A DNA stretch of 9,384 nucleotides. Origin: an uncultured archaeon (GTDB taxonomy: Archaea; Iainarchaeota; Iainarchaeia; Iainarchaeales; 0-14-0-20-30-16). The notes under the pieces were generated by a model that ran no database searches, had not been told where the DNA came from, and saw only the letters and a program-made list of their open reading frames with translations. Below, piece by piece: positions 6,385 through 9,384 of the stretch (within the stretch, counting starts at the first letter, position 1; each line of letters opens with the position of its first letter). The stretch is from the NCBI GenBank assembly GCA_964565725.1, contig CAZMGA010000020.1, positions 1 through 9,384 on the forward strand, written 5' to 3'. Both the position numbers and the translations under genes were made by a program.

Positions 6385-7407
6385 ATGGGATTTATAAAAG
6401 GACAATATATACCTACAGCAAATGAATTAATTAATACTGCTTTTCAAAAAGCAAGAACAGAAGCAGATAGAATAACTGATAAAGATTTAGCAAGTAAAAT
6501 AATTAATAAAGAAAAATTAAGAGTAAAAGTATCTGCCGAAGAATTAACATCAAAATTAAAAACAATAATTAATCAATTTCCTGATTTAAGTGAATTAAAT
6601 CCTTTGTATAGAGCATTACTAAAAAATACAATTGACATAATAAAATTAAAAAAAGCTTTAGGGCATTTAAATGCGTCATCAAGAACTATTGATGAATTAA
6701 AAAACAATACTTTAATAAAAATGTCTCGATCCAGAAGAGAAACAATTTCTAAAAACAGAAATGAATTTTATGGTAGAATAGTATCAGTAGTAAAAAGATG
6801 TGATTCTTCATTAAATGTTATAAAAAATGCAATGAAAGAATTTTCACAAATCCCTAAAATTAGAGACTTACCAACAATATTATTAATAGGATTACCTAAC
6901 ACTGGTAAATCTACTTTTTTACAAAAAATAACGAACGCAAATGTAGAAATTAAAAATTATCCTTTTACTACAAAAAGATTACAAGTAGGAAAAATTTCTG
7001 ACAAATATTTAGAATTTCAAATATTAGATTCACCTGGTTTATTAGATAGAACAGAAGAAAAACAAAACAAAATTGAAAAACAAACAACTATTGCTTTAAG
7101 AACTATTGCAAATTCAATAATTTTTATATTTGATGCTAAACAAAGTATAAAAAATCAATTAAACATATTAAAAAGATACAAAAAAGAAATTAAAGAAAAA
7201 CCCTATTTTGTAATTTTAAATAAAATTGATTTAGTAGATGAAAAAGAATTAAATGACATTAGAGATGAATTAAAAACATTGAAATCAAAGATTTATGAAA
7301 AATCGCTAAAAGATATTAGTGAAGAAGATATTAAATTATTTAAAAATGAAATTTATAAAATAAATAAATCTTGGTTTATTCAAAAGGGCAATGAAAAAAT
7401 AAAATAA
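6385..7407 (+). CDS. NOG1-family (Obg-like/TRAFAC) GTP-binding protein, archaeal short form, 340 aa, with a likely ribosome-biogenesis role
   Basis: The N-terminal NOG1 domain signatures are IPTANELIN and FPDLSELNPLYRALL. G1 is GLPNTGKST (nt 6889..6915), G2 is YPFTT, G3 is DSPGLLDR and G4 is NKID (nt 7219..7230). The block YPFTTKRLQVGKISDKYLEFQILDSPGLLDRTEEKQNKIEKQ is collinear with eukaryotic Nog1 ([32 protein letters not shown]...). The long eukaryotic C-terminal extension is missing, which is why I call it the archaeal short form. The stop codon is TAA. Confidence 0.92.
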   Translation: MGFIKGQYIPTANELINTAFQKARTEADRITDKDLASKIINKEKLRVKVSAEELTSKLKTIINQFPDLSELNPLYRALLKNTIDIIKLKKALGHLNASSRTIDELKNNTLIKMSRSRRETISKNRNEFYGRIVSVVKRCDSSLNVIKNAMKEFSQIPKIRDLPTILLIGLPNTGKSTFLQKITNANVEIKNYPFTTKRLQVGKISDKYLEFQILDSPGLLDRTEEKQNKIEKQTTIALRTIANSIIFIFDAKQSIKNQLNILKRYKKEIKEKPYFVILNKIDLVDEKELNDIRDELKTLKSKIYEKSLKDISEEDIKLFKNEIYKINKSWFIQKGNEKIK

Positions 7408-7416
7408 ATAATTAAT

Positions 7417-7433
7417 AAAAAAAAATAAAAAAA
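7417..7433 (-). terminator. Oligo-T archaeal-type terminator for the minus-strand gene ending at 7447
   Basis: The minus strand reads TTTTTTT-A-TTTTTTTTT (T7 at 7433..7427 and T9 at 7425..7417), beginning 14 nt downstream of the TAG stop at 7449..7447. On the plus strand the same tract is A-runs, so the convergent GTPase gene has no comparable T-tract in the 39-nt spacer. Confidence 0.45.
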
Positions 7434-7446
7434 TTAGAGATTTACT

Positions 7447-9384
7447 CTAATTTAATAACTTTTCAGGATTCCACCAAAAGGACAAACCTGCACCTTCGTA
7501 AGTCATACAAACATCATTAGTATCCATACCATTTATTATTTCTTCTAATGATTCATATTTTAGACCTTTTGGTACTGATTTAATAGTTGCAGAATCACTA
7601 GCTACCTTTATTTCTGGAACTACATTTGTAGATTCATTAGGAGCATAGAATATACCTCTATAATTTACATTATTTACAGTTCTTTGTAATACTTGTTCAT
7701 CCCATTCTAAACCATAAGTAATACCTTGTAATTGACTTACAGGTGCTACTTTTGCATTAGTACCTAAAGTATCTCTAACATAAACATTACTAGTATATCT
7801 ACTACCATCAAATGTTTTGCCTTCATCATTACTTGATCTAAATGTCCAATATATTAAAGAACTTCCAGCAGTTACTGTTTGATTATCTACAACAGTTTGA
7901 TAGAAAGCATAAGCATCACCATCATTTTGTTTTGTAATACTTAAATCAAATACAAATGGTTTACTCAAATATTTTATTATATTATATGTAGCTGTATTTG
8001 TTCCTGATTTAGGAGTTATTTTTAATAAATAACCATTATCTACAGTATTCATAGTTTGGAAATCTTGGGTAGAATCTAATTCTAAATGAACTATTGGAGT
8101 AGAGCTACTTCTTAATGAAGGTTCTAACCAATAATCTTCATCACTAGATGAAAATTTAACATTATCTGGATTTTCATCAACAGAGAAATCTATACCATAA
8201 CCAACTCTATCAATTACACCATTTACTACTCCTACTGTTGCATCCATAGGCATATAATACAAAGGATTTATTTCATGAGTAATAGGTTCTAAATATACTT
8301 TAATTTTAGATATTTTAGAATTAACAAAACTCCTATCATAATTATTAGGAAATATTGAAATATTATCAACAGGTTCATTAAAATCTATTACTAGATCTAC
8401 ATTATATTCTCCGGCATAAGGTAATTGATAACCTTCTGCTTGTATAGATTTATAAGCCATAGGCAAAAATTCTAATTTACCACTTGAAATTAAAGCTACA
8501 ATTTCTTTTTCATGTTGTACATTAGATAAAAATCCTGTTAAAACATATTCTTTGAAATCATTCATAAAATCAATAGTATAACCATCTTTCATTAAATTAG
8601 CTTTAAAATGTAATAAATTATAATCTTTAGAATTATATTTTAAATCTAATTCAGAAGTAGAAGTTATTTTTAAATCAGCAGATAAATTTAATTGTGTTAA
8701 TTTATCTCTAAATAATAATTCAGTTAATTGTGTAGCATCACAAAAATTATCTTTACAATTTACAGCATCATATTCCCAATTATAATTTACTCTTGGTTTG
8801 TTATTTGTACCTGTAATTCCTAATCTATTATTAGGTCCAAAACAACTATAACTTATAACATCTTGATATTGATTAGAATCTTGCATCATTCTAAATAATA
8901 ACATAAAAGTATCTCTACCAGTTGTTCTTTCATTTTCAGCAGGAGTTTCTATATTTTCTTTATAAACTTCTTGATCTTTTTTTGCTAATTCTCCTTCTTT
9001 ATCTATTTTACACCAACCAATTTCTTTTTCAACAATTTTTCCATCTTTTTCTAAATTGATAGCATCAATAGCTCCAATTACACTTGCTTTTGAACCATTT
9101 ACATCAGTATTCATTTTAGAAGTTGTCCCATAAAGAGATTTTAAAACATCAGTTTCTAAATACAATACAGCTGATTCAATTTTATTAACTTCATCAGATT
9201 TAGTTATTTTTATAGGATAATATGCATAAGTATTAGTTCCACTTTTTCTTTGATAAACATCCCAATCACCATCATTTAATTTATAATTTAAATCAAATTT
9301 ACTTGATTTTATAGAATCACCAGATAATTTATATTTTGCATCTCTTATTTCTGCTGAATTTAAATCTAAAGCTTTTACTTTTGC
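7447..9384 (-). CDS. Large orphan protein, probably secreted or surface-located. The C-terminal 645 aa are visible and the 5' end lies beyond the right window edge.
   Basis: The track starts this ORF at 9165, but that codon is TTG (caa on the plus strand at 9163..9165). The same frame continues upstream for 73 further sense codons to position 9384 (AKVKALDLNSAEIRDAKYKLSGDSIKSSKFDLNYKLNDGDWDVYQRKSGTNTYAYYPIKITKSDEVNKIESAV-LYLETD...) with no stop and the same composition. It ends ...GAGLSFWWNPEKLLN followed by TAG at 7449..7447. The composition is N/S/T/Y/D/G-rich and looks beta-rich. It has five Cys, including NCKDNFC. The visible part has no TM segment and no motif I recognise. Confidence 0.85.
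   Translation of the reverse strand, partial: AKVKALDLNSAEIRDAKYKLSGDSIKSSKFDLNYKLNDGDWDVYQRKSGTNTYAYYPIKITKSDEVNKIESAVLYLETDVLKSLYGTTSKMNTDVNGSKASVIGAIDAINLEKDGKIVEKEIGWCKIDKEGELAKKDQEVYKENIETPAENERTTGRDTFMLLFRMMQDSNQYQDVISYSCFGPNNRLGITGTNNKPRVNYNWEYDAVNCKDNFCDATQLTELLFRDKLTQLNLSADLKITSTSELDLKYNSKDYNLLHFKANLMKDGYTIDFMNDFKEYVLTGFLSNVQHEKEIVALISSGKLEFLPMAYKSIQAEGYQLPYAGEYNVDLVIDFNEPVDNISIFPNNYDRSFVNSKISKIKVYLEPITHEINPLYYMPMDATVGVVNGVIDRVGYGIDFSVDENPDNVKFSSSDEDYWLEPSLRSSSTPIVHLELDSTQDFQTMNTVDNGYLLKITPKSGTNTATYNIIKYLSKPFVFDLSITKQNDGDAYAFYQTVVDNQTVTAGSSLIYWTFRSSNDEGKTFDGSRYTSNVYVRDTLGTNAKVAPVSQLQGITYGLEWDEQVLQRTVNNVNYRGIFYAPNESTNVVPEIKVASDSATIKSVPKGLKYESLEEIINGMDTNDVCMTYEGAGLSFWWNPEKLLN

Noticed and set aside
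7408-7446. A bidirectional terminator shared by the convergent GTPase and orphan genes
   Set aside because: The T-runs exist only on the minus strand. The plus strand shows A-runs, and there is no convincing stem-loop in the 39-nt spacer. I therefore annotate a terminator for the minus-strand gene only, and how the GTPase transcript terminates is unresolved.
2958-8766. A shared C-x3-4-F-C motif (VCDSDQFCG in the giant protein, NCKDNFCD in the second orphan) as evidence that the two large proteins are paralogues
   Set aside because: The spacing differs by one residue and the flanking sequences do not align by eye. A single short Cys motif is not enough to claim homology, which needs profile-profile or structural comparison.
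9163-9165. The TTG at 9165 as the genuine start of the 572-aa ORF
   Set aside because: The frame is open for 73 more codons upstream to the window edge, with the same composition. No TATA-like box plus spacing or RBS specifically supports 9165. It is simply the first start-like codon after the window boundary.
1-9384. CRISPR arrays, tandem DNA repeats, IS/transposase ends, integrase or tRNA genes
   Set aside because: I saw no regularly spaced direct repeats, terminal inverted repeats or structured GC-rich RNA-like segments. All intergenic spacers are 102 nt or shorter and AT-rich, and the protein-level repeats have no DNA-level identity.

Overview
This is an extremely AT-rich window (roughly one quarter G+C by eye) that reads cleanly in the standard genetic code and is tightly packed. 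Its hallmarks are archaeal: a short NOG1-type GTPase, a beta-CASP nuclease, TATA-like boxes about 25-35 nt upstream of start codons, and an oligo-T terminator. It holds four genes. (1) A giant minus-strand ORF fills 1..5207 and is absent from the supplied ORF track because it has no stop codon inside the window. By hand translation it starts at ATG 5207..5205, runs through 1,735 sense codons, and is still open at the left edge. It encodes a membrane-anchored, Asn/Ser/Thr/Tyr-rich, Cys-pair-containing surface protein. The parts are a 40-aa cytoplasmic tail, an N-terminal signal anchor, six tandem ~87-aa prealbumin/carboxypeptidase-regulatory-like beta-sandwich modules, about 1,000 aa of unrecognisable ectodomain, a Gly/Ala-rich transmembrane hairpin at aa 1576-1626, and then a further ectodomain. 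(2) 5310..6305 (+) is a short-form beta-CASP metallo-beta-lactamase nuclease. (3) 6385..7407 (+) is an archaeal NOG1-family GTPase. (4) 7447..9384 (-) is the C-terminal 645 aa of a second large orphan protein. The track's start at 9165 is a TTG artefact, because the frame stays open to the right edge. I saw no RNA genes, CRISPR arrays, mobile elements or DNA-level repeats. The main novelty candidate is the giant double-anchored surface protein, possibly acting with the second orphan. I read it as a cell-surface or host-contact apparatus of a reduced, AT-rich archaeon (DPANN-like or an AT-rich methanogen). That taxonomic and functional reading is inference only.
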